From Octopus vulgaris (lineage: Eukaryota), in contig OX597814.1 of NCBI GenBank assembly GCA_951406725.2, positions 77,686,001-77,750,000 on the forward strand: DNA of 64,000 bases, written 5' to 3'. The notes beneath the pieces were generated by a model, which searched no databases, was not told where the DNA came from, and saw only the letters and a program-made list of their open reading frames with translations. The position numbers were made by a program, and so were the translations under genes. Shown here piece by piece: positions 38,675-50,310 of this stretch (within the stretch, counting starts at the first letter, position 1; each line of letters begins with the position of its first letter).

Positions 38675-39045
38675 ATTATTACCTCTGCCTTTGCTAGGGT
38701 GGAAGTGTTGTTTCAGTTGTGTTTGTTTGTTTGTTTGTCTGTGGACAAGATATCTCAAGAACTGCTGGACGGATTCAGATGAAACTTTCAGGGATGTTTG
38801 GGCTCATAACTGGCATAAACTGATTAGATTTTGGGATCGATCTGGTACCGGACAAGGATTCTGGATTATTTTTCCTGTTTTTTTTTTTTACTTAATTTTT
38901 GAGAAAAATCAGATTCATTTTTAGTATTATCATTTGTGAGAGCTGTCGAGTTTATTTCAGATATTCGCATTTTAAAAATCTCTGGCTAATTGTCGAAAGG
39001 ATGTCGGTGTTGCCTTGGCGGAGGTTTGTACTCTCTGAGTGCTCT
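38675..39045 (+). mobile_element. HINE/DINE-1-like Helentron derivative
   Basis: Subterminal repeats ACCTCTGCC / GGCGGAGGT and a (GTTT)n tract. It is homologous to 5311-5681. Confidence 0.7.
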
Positions 39046-40775
39046 GGTCCTCGAGCCATTACTGCGCAAGTTGGAGGCTTTGAGGGGTATCCCGCGCGAT
39101 CTAGGAGGTGGAAACAGCGTGTGTGCCTATGCCGACGACGTCACCGTGATGGTGTCGAGCCACAGGCACATTGACCTGATTGGCGAAACACTAAACGAGT
39201 ACGAAGCGGTGACAGGTGCAAAGATTAACGCGGAAAAGTCCATGGGCTTGCAACTGGGTACCTGGAGAGGCAAGTCCATGCTGTCCAACAGTGTCGTTGG
39301 GCACTGGACAGACGGCCCCGTTAAGCTACTCGGGGTCTGGTTCGGTCTAGACCTCCAGGTGCATAAAAACTGGGAAGAGGTGACGAACAGGGTGGCCAAT
39401 CTCACCCAGAAATGAGCTGAGAGGAAGCTGTCCTTGAAAGGTCGAGTGGAGGTGGCGAATGCGTACATCACATCCGCCATCTATTACCGATTGACCGTCG
39501 TCCCTTGTCCCGAACGCTGGTTGGCCAAGCTGGTGTGCTTACTCTTTGACTCTTTGTGGAAGGGTCAGGTACCACTGGTCAGGCAATCCATCTGCTGTCA
39601 ATGGCCGCTGAACGGAGGCCTTGGCATGCCATAGTTACTGATGCGCAGACATGCGCTTAGGCTACGGCATCTCAAGTGTTTCCTAGACGGTGAACAGGTG
39701 TGGTCATCTTTTGTCAGACGCGACTTTCCACAGCTCGTCTCTTTGACAGAGTTGCAGTCTTGGATCAAACACAGACCGAGAAAGGGCGCTTGGCACCTCG
39801 AGTACCGTCAAGCTCTCTCTGCCCTCCACCAAGCGGGCAATGCTATCGGTAGTGGTTCCACTCTAGCGTTCTATAGAGGGTTAGTAGAAGAAAAGTGTGA
39901 TGACGTTCTCGGGGAAACTCTAGGCGTTGATGATAACGAGCTAAACAGTCTGTTCGGGAGAACTTTCGGGCTGGATAATTTCCAAAGGTCCCTTGCCTGG
40001 CAGTGCCAGCGAGGGGCTCTGCCTGTTTGGGATAAACTCTACCGGCAGACGGGCCTGCCCGAGGTGTGCCCAGGACAACGAAACCATTCTGCACGCACTC
40101 GTCCAGTGCCCGAGTATTGCTGAACTATGGGTTTATGTCGAACAGCTCCTGTTGCATATAGGACGGATCTGGCTAACAGCTGAATCCATAGTGAGGATTG
40201 CCTCGCTGACTTCCTTTAACCGGGAGGGCAAGGCAGTTTTCCTTTGCCTAGTTGCTGTAGCGAAAGAGGTGATATGGTGGACCCGTTTGAAAGAGCTAAG
40301 GTCAGACACTTTCCTCTTTGGCCAAGGCCTCATCAACTTTTTCAAGTTTCACTTGAAAAGGAAGATGAGAGTAGAGAGGGAAGTGCTGTCTGGTAGCAAG
40401 TTTAATGAAAGGTGGGTGAATGTCGCAAGGATGGCCAGTATGACGAATCAATTCTGAGGATACACCTGTGAAAAATTAAAAGGAAATATAAAAGGAGAAA
40501 GGGGCTCTCTACCCCCCCCCCTTTTGACTAGGCTCCCATGGCTTTTATGAGTTTTTCCAGGAGTAACCTTTCGAAGTGCCTCCTCCTATTGGGAGTTTTA
40601 ATTGCTACTTATATTTCGCTGTTATCCTGCTTTTGTACACAGACTTTTTTCAAACGGACAAAACCCTTTGAAACTTTCGTCCTGTGTTTTGTCCCTTTAT
40701 GTTTTAACTGATTTTTGTTAGCCCTTGTGGCCAATAACGAATTAATTAATTATTATTATTATTATTATTATTATT
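39044..40775 (+). mobile_element. Tx1/L1-clade LINE, 5'-truncated, with (ATT)n tail
   Basis: Motifs LEPLL, AYADDVT, GAKINAEKS, KLLGVWFG, LSLKGR, GGLGMP and a CCHC finger CPRC....ETILHALVQC, interrupted by stops and frameshifts. Confidence 0.88.
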
Positions 40776-41612
40776 ACCCTGTGGATGTAAGCGAAAGCAG
40801 AGTATTGTAATCACTTGTCTTTGTCTATGTGTTTGCAAAATTACTGGAAAATAGCTCAACAGATTTTCCCCAAATTTAGCAGAAATACTCATTGAGCGAG
40901 TGGCTCAAAATGATGAAAATTTATTTTAATTATCTTCTAACATACATAAATATATACACAGATGTGCGACTGTGTGTGTGTGTGTGTGTGTGTATCTGTA
41001 GAGATGGATTTGGAGGTTTTGTTTATTTACGAGATGATTTCTTAATTTCACCGGAGTATAAAAATCTATAATGGGGATACTTAAAAAAAAAAATCGAACT
41101 TATAATTTCCCAATAAGTAGTGGTTATTTATATTCTACAATGAACTACAGTATGTTTGATTCACCTGCCATCATTGAAGGACATTCAAAACATTTCTCAA
41201 ATTCTATGCAATATTTTTTATGAGTATTTCATTTTGTTCACCTTTTTCATATGATTTGACCCTCATCTGCATTGTGTATAGATCATGTTTTACCTATGTG
41301 CATAGATACATGTGGGTTCATACATACATATGCGACTGTATGTGTATGTATGTGTGTGTGTGTGCAGTGATAGATTCGAGGGTTTCGTTTATTTACGAGT
41401 TGTTTCTGAATTTTTCCGGAGTATAAATACTTACAATGGTGATACTTAAAAAAAAAAGAATCGAACTTATAAATTTCCTGATTAGCAAGTTTAGTCAAAG
41501 CTTAATTCAGTTCAATTAAAAAGCATGGGTAAGCAGCACATTGTAAGTTACACTAATTTGCGAAAAAATTTATCTGTGCGCAGGGTATGCATTGCCCTTC
41601 TGATGCCTTTTT
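40772..41612 (+). mobile_element. Second HINE-like family with an internal direct repeat of about 150 bp
   Basis: Subterminal repeat TACCCTG/CAGGGTA and 3' hairpin GCATTGCCCTTCTGATGC. 40964-41110 is repeated at 41331-41478. Confidence 0.5.
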
Positions 41613-42136
41613 TCATCATCATCATCATCATCATCATTATTATTATTATTATTAATATTATTATTATTTTATTATTATTAAGGTGGTGAGCTGGCAAAAT
41701 TGTTAGCATGCTGGGCAAAATGCTTAGCTGTATTTTGTCTGACACTATGTACTCCAATGCTTATATTCATGGCTCAGTCAGCCAGTACCCGGGGGAGATC
41801 TGCATTCATGAAGGTAGGAGTAAAAATCTTACTCTTACTCTTTAGGTTGAGAATTCTTTAGTATTTTTCTTTTCTTATTGAATCAGAGACTGCACCAAAT
41901 AAAATAATTGTAGATGTAATTAAGTACCCTCCTAATAAATTAAAAAATACAAGCAAAACAATATATACTGAAAAGCATATCATAATTAAAACTTCTTTTC
42001 TTGACTTTAAATCTACAAACTTTTTCCTATCACTTTATATATCGATCTTCTCATGATAAGTATATCTTCAGAAGCAAGCTTTCCTACTGACAAAATTCTG
42101 AAAGTTGATGATTTGTCTTGTGTCACAAATGTCTGT

Positions 42137-42640
42137 AAAGCTGTGTATTATATCATTAGATGGAGTTTAATTCAAAATTGCAAGCATTACTCCAATAGCA
42201 GTAGACTCTGTAGAATGGAAAAAGACTGATACTAAAGAACGCACACCTGGACTGTATCTGATTGCAAAATCTGAAATATTCACTCCTTGCTTGTAAAGTT
42301 AGTGCTCATGTGGCCACCTTCATTCCATTTATCTACCTTATTTTTTTACTGTCTGATTCTAGGATCAGATACCTGTACTCCATCCTACTCCTTCACTTAT
42401 CCCTATATTCTTGTCTACTTTTAGCTTATCTTTTTTTCTTAACTTCTAAGCTTTAAGCAGAGTGCCACATGAACACTAACTAACAAGCAAGGAGTGAATA
42501 TTTCAGATTTTGCAATCAGATACAGTCCAGGTGTGTGTTCTTTAGTATCAGTCTTTTTCCATTCTACAGAGTCTACTGCTATTGGAGTAATGCTTGTAAT
42601 TTTGAATTAAACTCCATCCAATGATATAATACACAGCTTT
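42137..42640. repeat. Long inverted repeat with arms of about 160-180 bp
   Basis: AAAGCTGTGTATTATATCATT...AATGATATAATACACAGCTTT, with near-identical arms. Confidence 0.9.
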
Positions 42641-43610
42641 CTTATTTCAAAAATACATACTCGCTAACAACATATTTTACATCTTTTAGTTACTGAATGA
42701 GGATATGTGGTTGTACAACAGTTTTTTTTTTTTTAAATAAGCCTTCTATTATTCTGCTTAACTATAACATGAAGCATGCATTATCTGGTTCCCTATAGTT
42801 GGCTTCTATCTCATGCAACCAAAGGAAACCTTAAGAGTATGTCTATCAGCTAACTTGCCTATGATAGACTTAACATTTAATGACTTTATAATGCTGCTAT
42901 TTTTGGAGAGTCTTTGGGCATTGATGTAATAAGAGGGCTCTCTCTTACTAGAGGGTAGTTTCAAGATTTTCCTACTAACAGTTTTTACTAAGTTCTTAAA
43001 AACTGAATTAGGGCACTCTTTTCCCACATCAAATTTTTCTCTTCACCAGAGAAAAATCAAACAAGGTTAAATAGAAGAAGCTTCCTTGAACTGGTTCAAC
43101 TAGTATGACAGTATCAGCAGCAACCATCTAGATGCAATATAATGTATTTCATCTAAAAAGAAACCACAGGTGGCAAGGTTCTCAAATATTCAGAATGACA
43201 TAATGAACTCTGGTTACTTACATTACAAAATCAATATCAAATGAAGTTAAAAGCAGTGACATCATATGTATTTCTTATGGATACCACAACAGATGTCCCC
43301 ATGCTGAATAGGCTTCTATGGGCAAACACTATATGTCTGATAATGAAATCAGTGTTTCATTGAAAACAATGAAGTAGAGTTTACAAATGGTGAAGAGCTG
43401 AGAAAACATGAAATTTCAGAGCTATGTTGGAAATGCTAATATGATCAGATTACATGAGAGGCTTCAGCCAGTGATTTTTCTCAATGAAAAATATATACGT
43501 TCACTTACATTTTCCTTGCTAAAACTTTGTGTTTGTAGAAAATGCAAAAATCAAAGTAAAGAATTTATGGGTTTATTTCTGAATCAAGTTTGCAGCCTGC
43601 TTCACACATA

Positions 43611-46392
43611 CATCATCATCATCATCATCATCATTTAGCGTCCGTTTTCCATGCTAGCATGGGTTGGACGGTTCAACTGGGGTCTGGGGAGCCCGAAGGC
43701 TGCACCAGGCCAGTCAGATCTGGCAGTGTTTCTACAGCTGGATGCCCTTCCTAATGCCAACCACTCCGAGAGTGTAGTGGGTGATTTTATGTGCCACCGA
43801 CACAGGTGCCAGACGAGGCTGGCGAACGGCCACGCTCGGATGGTGTTTTTTATGTGTCACCGACACAGGTGCCAGACGAGGCTGGCAGACGGCCACGCTC
43901 GGATGGTGTTTTTATGTGCCACCGACACAGGTGCCAGATGAGGCTGGCGAACGGCCACGATCGGATGGTGTTTGTTACGTGCCCACAGCACGGAGGCCAG
44001 TCGATGCGGTACTGGCTACGGCCACGTTCGGATGGTTTTCTTGTGTGCCACCGGCACTGGTACCACAAAGATACAAATTCCATTGATGTTCATCTATTTT
44101 GATTTGTTTCACAAGAAGGAAGGTATGCACAGGTGGACTGACTACGTCCCAGGTAGGGGCCACGGGTTATGGCCTGACTAGTCTTGCCGGGTCTTCGGAT
44201 GGTGTTTTTATGTGCCACCGACACAGGTGCCAGATGAGGCTGGCGAACGGCCACAATCAGATGGTGTTTGTTACGTGCCCACAGCACGGAGGCCAGTCGA
44301 TGCGGTACTGGCTACGGCCACGTTCGGATGGTTTTCTTGTGTGCCACCGGCACTGGTACCACAAAGATACAAATTCCATTGATGTTCATCTATTTTGATT
44401 TGTTTTGATTTGATTTGATTTGATTTTCACTTGCCTCAACAGGTCTTCACAAGTGTCACAAGAAGGAAGGAAGGTATGCACAGGTGGACTGACTACGTCC
44501 CAGGTAGGGGCCATGGGTTATGGCCTGACTAGTCTTGCCGGGTCTTCGGATGGTGTTTTTATGTGCCACCGACACAGGTGCCAGATGAGGCTAGTCTTGC
44601 CGGGTCTTCGGATGGTGTTTTTATGTGCCACCGACACAGGTGCCAGATGAGGCTGGCGAACGGCCACGATCGGATGGTGTTTGTTATGTGCCCACAGCAC
44701 GGAGGCCAGTCGATGCGGTACTGGCTACGGCCACATTCAGATGGTTTTCTTGTGTGCCACCGGCACTGGTATCACAAAGATACAAATTCCATTGATGTTC
44801 ATCTATTTTGATTTGTTTTGATTTTCACTTGCCTCAACAGGTCTTCACAAGTGTTACAAGAAGGAAGGTATGCACAGGTGGACTGACTACGTCCCAGGTA
44901 GGGGCCACGGGTTATGGCCTGACTAGTCTTGCCGGGTCTTCGGATGGTGTTTTTATGTGCCACCGACACAGGTGCCAGATGAGGCTGGCGAACGGCCACG
45001 ATCGGATGGTGTTTATGTGCCCACAGCACAGAGGCCAGTCGATGCGGTACTGGCTACGGCCACGTTCGGATGGTTTTCTTGTGTGCCACCGGCACTGGTA
45101 TCACAAAGATACAAATTCCATTGATGTTCATCTATTTTGATTTGTTTTGATTTTCACTTGCCTCAACAGGTCTTCACAAGTGTTACAAGAAGGAAGGTAT
45201 GCACAGGTGGACTGACTACGTCCCAGGTAGGGGCCACGGGTTATGGCCTGACTAGTCTTGCCGGGTCTTTGGATGGTGTTTTTATGTGCCACCGACACAG
45301 GTGCCAGATGAGGCTGGCGAACGGCCACGATCGGATGGTGTTTATGTGCCCACAGCACAGAGGCCAGTCGATGCGGTACTGGCTACGGCCACGTTCGGAT
45401 GGTTTTCTTGTGTGCCACCGGCACTGGTACCACAAAGATACAAATTCCATTGATGTTCATCTATTTTGATTTGTTTTGATTTGATTTGATTTGATTTTCA
45501 CTTGCCTTAACAGGTCTTCACAAGTGTCACAAGAAGGAAGGTATGCACAGGTGGACTGACTACGTCCCAGGTAGGGCCCACGGGTTATGGCCTGACTAGT
45601 CTTGCCGGGTCTTCTCACACACAGCATACTTCCATAGGTCTCGGTCTCTAGTCATTTCCTTAGTGAGACCTAAAGTTCGAAGGTCGTGCTTCACCACCTC
45701 GTCCCAGGTTTTCCTGGGTCTACCTCTTCCACAGGTTCCCTCAACTGCTAGGGTGTAGCACTTTTGCACACAACTATCTTCAGCCATTCTCGTCACATGA
45801 CCATACCAGCGCAGCCATCTCTCTTGCACACCACAACTGACGCTTCTTAGGTTCAACTTTTCTCTCAAGGTACTTACACTCTGACGATTATGAACACTGA
45901 CATTACACATCCATCGGAGCATACTGGCTTCATTTCTTGCGAGCTTACGCATATCCTCAGCAGTCACGGCCCATGTTTCACTACCATGTAGCATGGCTGT
46001 ACGTACACATGCATCATACAGTCTGCCTTTTACTCTGAGCGAGAGGCCTTTTGTCACCAGCAGGGGTAAGAGCTCTCTAAACTTTGCCCAGGCTATTCTT
46101 ACTCTAGCAGTTACACTTTCAGCACACCCACCCCCGCTACTGACTTGGTCTCCTAGGTAGCGGAAGCTATCAACTACTTCTAGTTTGTCTCCCTGGAACA
46201 TGGTAGAAGTTGGTCTCTGCACATTTCCAGTGTTTATTGCTCCTGAGCATCTGCCACAGACAAAAACTATTTTCCTAGTTAGCCTTCCTTTGACATTGCT
46301 GCACCTCTTATGTGTCCATAGCTTACACTTGGTGCACCTTATAGAGTTTCTACCTACACCTTTTTTACAGATCGAGCAGGGCCATCTACCTG
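43611..46392 (-). mobile_element. Young RTE-clade LINE, 5'-truncated, with open C-terminal ORF (45596-46390) and tandemly amplified 3' UTR
   Basis: Motifs LEVVDSFRYLG, KGRLYDACVRTAMLHGSETW, LRWYGHV.RM and GRGRPRKTW, with a (GAT)n tail at 43611-43633. Confidence 0.92.
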
Positions 46393-46399
46393 TTTAAAA

Positions 46400-47300
46400 A
46401 TTGAAATAGCTCTCTGAAACAAGACTGCAGAATAGTCACTTTGAAATCTTTAAAGACATTTATAGCACATGTACAATTTCTTATCAAGATATATGAAAGT
46501 AATCCACCAAAATCAGCAAGTAAATATGCAGCATCAACTTTGGTTTTCTTCTTTGCCTTGTAATTGAAACACCAGTATTCATTGAGGCAGCTGTTGTATC
46601 AAAAGTTCGTTGACAGCAAGACATTGATGTTTAAAACTGCATGTTCAGTCATCAATGATACTATTGAAAAGTCTTAATAAGAAGAATTCAAGATTTATAT
46701 ATTAGAATATGTAACTCAACTGGCACATGATGCAGATATAGAGGTTCTATAGGAAAAGCTTAGTCAGAGCAGATTTAGAAAAGTGCCAGCAAGGTTCATG
46801 TAGAGATTGTCTGCAGTAGCAGATTAATCTTAATAGAGATTGGAAAAGCTGTTTCATGTGAAAGTATCTTTTACATTTTTGAATATATTTGTTCAAAGAA
46901 TTAGGATGAGGTTTAAAAGAAAATACTTAAGACTGGAAAAGTCACTCCAGAGCCAAAATGTGCCACCAAATTAGGACAAGTAACGAAGTTCAAGATCTAA
47001 ATACTCTCTGCAAATTATATGACTTTGAAGAAGAGAATGACAAACTTTTGACAGACTTGAGTTTATTTCAGCCATCTTAATCACTGCCAAAACAATTATT
47101 TGCAATTTGCCCTCAACTGTATCCAGGTATATGATGCTCATCTTGTCTTCTCAATTACGTATGAGAGGTTTAAAATTTATACAACAATTCCAATGACAAA
47201 TGTACCTCTTTTCCAAACTCCAGTTAAATATAAACAGTGAATGTTGTGTAGAGAATATAGACCCATTGATCTGTTGATAACAAAGAATGGCTAAATATTT
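46400..47300 (+). mobile_element. Highly decayed hAT-like transposase remnant
   Basis: Only a weak TIPMTN...FSKL-like trace of the hAT dimerisation motif near 47180-47225. Confidence 0.3.
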
Positions 47301-47796
47301 TTAAACAGATAACTAACAGAAGAATGCTATTGTAATTTATAGAAGTATGTTGGCTTTTTATTATTCCTTAGGCATTTCATTGTAACTGATGAAGAGTATA
47401 ATTCATGCTTTTATATACCCTATAAAGTGGCTGGTGATAGGAAGGACATCTAACAATAGAAACCATATTAAATTTAATTATATTGTAGTGGATTGTGTCT
47501 CTTGACTTTTCTAGGAAAACAATAAGAGCTAACTGTAATGACCCATCTAACCCACACCAACATGGGAAGTAAATGTAAAACAACAATAATACTGTTGCTG
47601 ATGTATCCATTTTTATCTGCATTTAGATAATTAAGGAATGTATACAGATCTTAAAATACCCTGCAGTGTACCAAATCATTTAATCATAACATTTCAATAA
47701 TTTCCATTAAATTATTCCAAAAACATTGATTCCATTAAATAACCCATATTCAATGGGGTTAATTTTTTAAAATCATGTACGAAATGTTTTACTTAT

Positions 47797-48230
47797 TGTG
47801 CAGGTGTGGCTGTGTGATAAGAAGTTTGCTTCCCAACCACATGGTTCTGGGTTCAGTCCCACTGCATGACACCTTGGGCAAGTGTCTTCTACTATAGCTT
47901 CAGGCTGATCAAAGCCTTGTGAGTGGATTTGGTTGATGGAAACTGAAAGAAGCCTGTCATATATATATATATCTACATATAAATATATATGTATGTATAT
48001 ATTTATGTGTGTGCCTTTGTGTCTGTCCCCACCACATTTGCTTGACAACTGATATTGGTGTGTTTACATCCCCATAACTTAGCGATTTGGCAAAAGAGAC
48101 CGATAGAATAAGTACTAGGCTTACAAAAAAATAAGTCCAGGGTTGATTTCTTCAACTAAAACACTTTAACGTGGTGCTGTAGGAAGGTCACAGTCAAATG
48201 ACTGAAACAAGTTAAAGATAAAAGAAAAGA
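47797..48230 (+). mobile_element. SINE family A
   Basis: Full-length homologue of 23168-23580. Confidence 0.85.
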
Positions 48231-48264
48231 TGTAAGACATATGTATATACTGTCTTCCAATATG

Positions 48265-50178
48265 CAGGGTGTCTCAGAATTAACTATTTCATTGAAATCA
48301 GACAATTTTTTTAAAAGCTCACATTTATTTACGTTTATCATGTTTCATATGTGTTATACACAGAATTGCAAAAGAAACACAATTTTTTCAAATGTCATTT
48401 TTATATGGTAAATTCTGAAAATTTATTCCGGGGATGTAAGTGTAAATATTCCAAGACATCCTGGTTTATGGCTGAGACCCAAATTGCAGGTAACCTTTCA
48501 ACTTTCCCTGAAATGATACACTAAAACACAGCTGTGTTGAATGCTGTGGGTGGCAGTTGCAAACAATTGTCATGAAAACCGAAATGCATGTGCATCTCGT
48601 GGAGGTTATGGGTATAAAAATCCTGGCATTCGTAATTTGGATGCACCAGGTATGACCAAATTGTCAGCAGTGCAGAGAGAGACAAGCTATCAGCTGATTG
48701 CAAGCAGGGCAGTGTGCCATGGTTGTTGCGAAAGCTTACATTGTCCATGTCAACACCATCTGACATAGGCTCCACATCTAGGCAGGGCCGCTTCACCTAT
48801 CTGTAACACCGCTGTGATCTTTTCAGACCAGCCAGCATGACAGTTTGTGAGACCATTCACACGGTACGACGTTGACCAGCTGCCAACAGCCTGCGTTGCT
48901 GCTATCCTGCTCAAGGGCCTGTCTTCACTGCCTGTCACTATCAGGCACAACTACAGTGGGCTACACTTCACCGACATTGGCAGCATCACAAAGAAGGTCA
49001 ATAGTCTTCTCTGACGAGAGCTGGTACTGCATTTCCACCTCGGATGGGAGAGTGAGGGCGTGGCGAAGGAGGAGTGAACACTACAGACACATGTCATGGA
49101 GAGAGATGTATGGGTGACCAAGGCATCATTGGTTGGGGTACTATAGAGAACTGGGTCCCATGTGTTCCAAAATGTAGGTGCAGGTAGAGGGAATAGCATC
49201 ACAGTGCAGCACTACATTGACCAGATCCTAAGACCTCACATTGTGTCCTTCTTTGCATGTCACCATAGCCACGTGTTCCAGCAGGGCAATGCTCCCTCCC
49301 ACACGGCCTGGGTCACAATGGACTTCCTGCATCAGCATAACATCAGAACCATTCTGTGGCTGGCTCTCAGCCCGGATTTGAACCCAAGTGCATACCTGTG
49401 GGATGAAATTCAGAGATGGCTGAACCAGGTGGTTTCAAGGTTGATAACTCATGTGGAACTGGAGGCAGCTTTCTTCAGGGTGTGGGCACAAGTGCCAATG
49501 GCTTTTGTAAGCCGCCTCATGCACTCCATGTTACCTGTGGTGTAAGGCCGTTTTGAACACCCAGGGAGGGCATACATGGTATTGAACGTACGACCTACAA
49601 TCTCGATGTGCTGGATCCGCCCATTACCAGAACACATGACAACGACTCATAGACTGTGGTCAAAGTGCATCCAAGAAATTGGCTTTATCAGATTTATCAA
49701 AATTTATCTCTGACATAAGGAAATTAAAACATATTTCACAGTCATACATGTCACGTATTTCTTTTGCAGTTCAGTGTATGTGTATAAATTTATAAATTTT
49801 ATTTTCATTCCTGTTGGATCCCACTTATCTGTCCATGACAGCTTCTTTTTCAATTTGGCTGCAATCATTTTCTCTACCTCCATCCCTAAGGATGGAGCAA
49901 TAGTTTAGCTGAACTTAAAGGATGCATTCAATTAGTAGTGCAGAAGATAACTCCTGAAATGCTTCAAAATGTGTTTCGCAATGCCAAGGATAGATTTGAA
50001 ATTTACAGGGATACAGACAAAGCACATGTTGAAAATTTTCAATAAAATTTAGATGTAAGATTTATAAATCTATTTATTTTGATATCATAATTAAGTAACA
50101 AGCATAAAAATCTGTCAGTTTTTTTAAAAATATTTGCCTGGTTTCATTGAAATTGATAGTTAATTCTGGGACACCCTA
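48265..50178 (+). mobile_element. Deleted Tc1/mariner-superfamily element hosting a nested Tc1
   Basis: TIRs are (C/T)AGGGTGTC(T/C)CAGAATTAACTAT. A C-terminal remnant LAELKGCIQLVVQKITPEMLQNVF...HVENFQ* lies at about 49906-50045. Confidence 0.7.
48359..49776 (+). mobile_element. Tc1-like transposon with dead transposase
   Basis: TIRs CAC(A/T)GAA(T/C)TGCAAAAGAAA with TA flanks. Motifs IVFSDES, FQQGNAPSHTA and SPDLNP..YLWD. Confidence 0.88.
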
Positions 50179-50310
50179 TACATGCGAGTTTTTAAAGAAC
50201 CAGCAATTGACTATTCGATCTTGTCTAAGTCAATAATACACTAAATGAATCACATAGACTTTTTGTAGGTCATGGCCACACTTGCATATTAATGTAAAAG
50301 TTGTATGCAT

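Noticed and set aside
43784-45600. Regular repeats resembling a CRISPR array
   Set aside because: The intervening sequences are themselves repeated, there are no cas genes, and the block is the 3' UTR of an RTE LINE in eukaryotic DNA.
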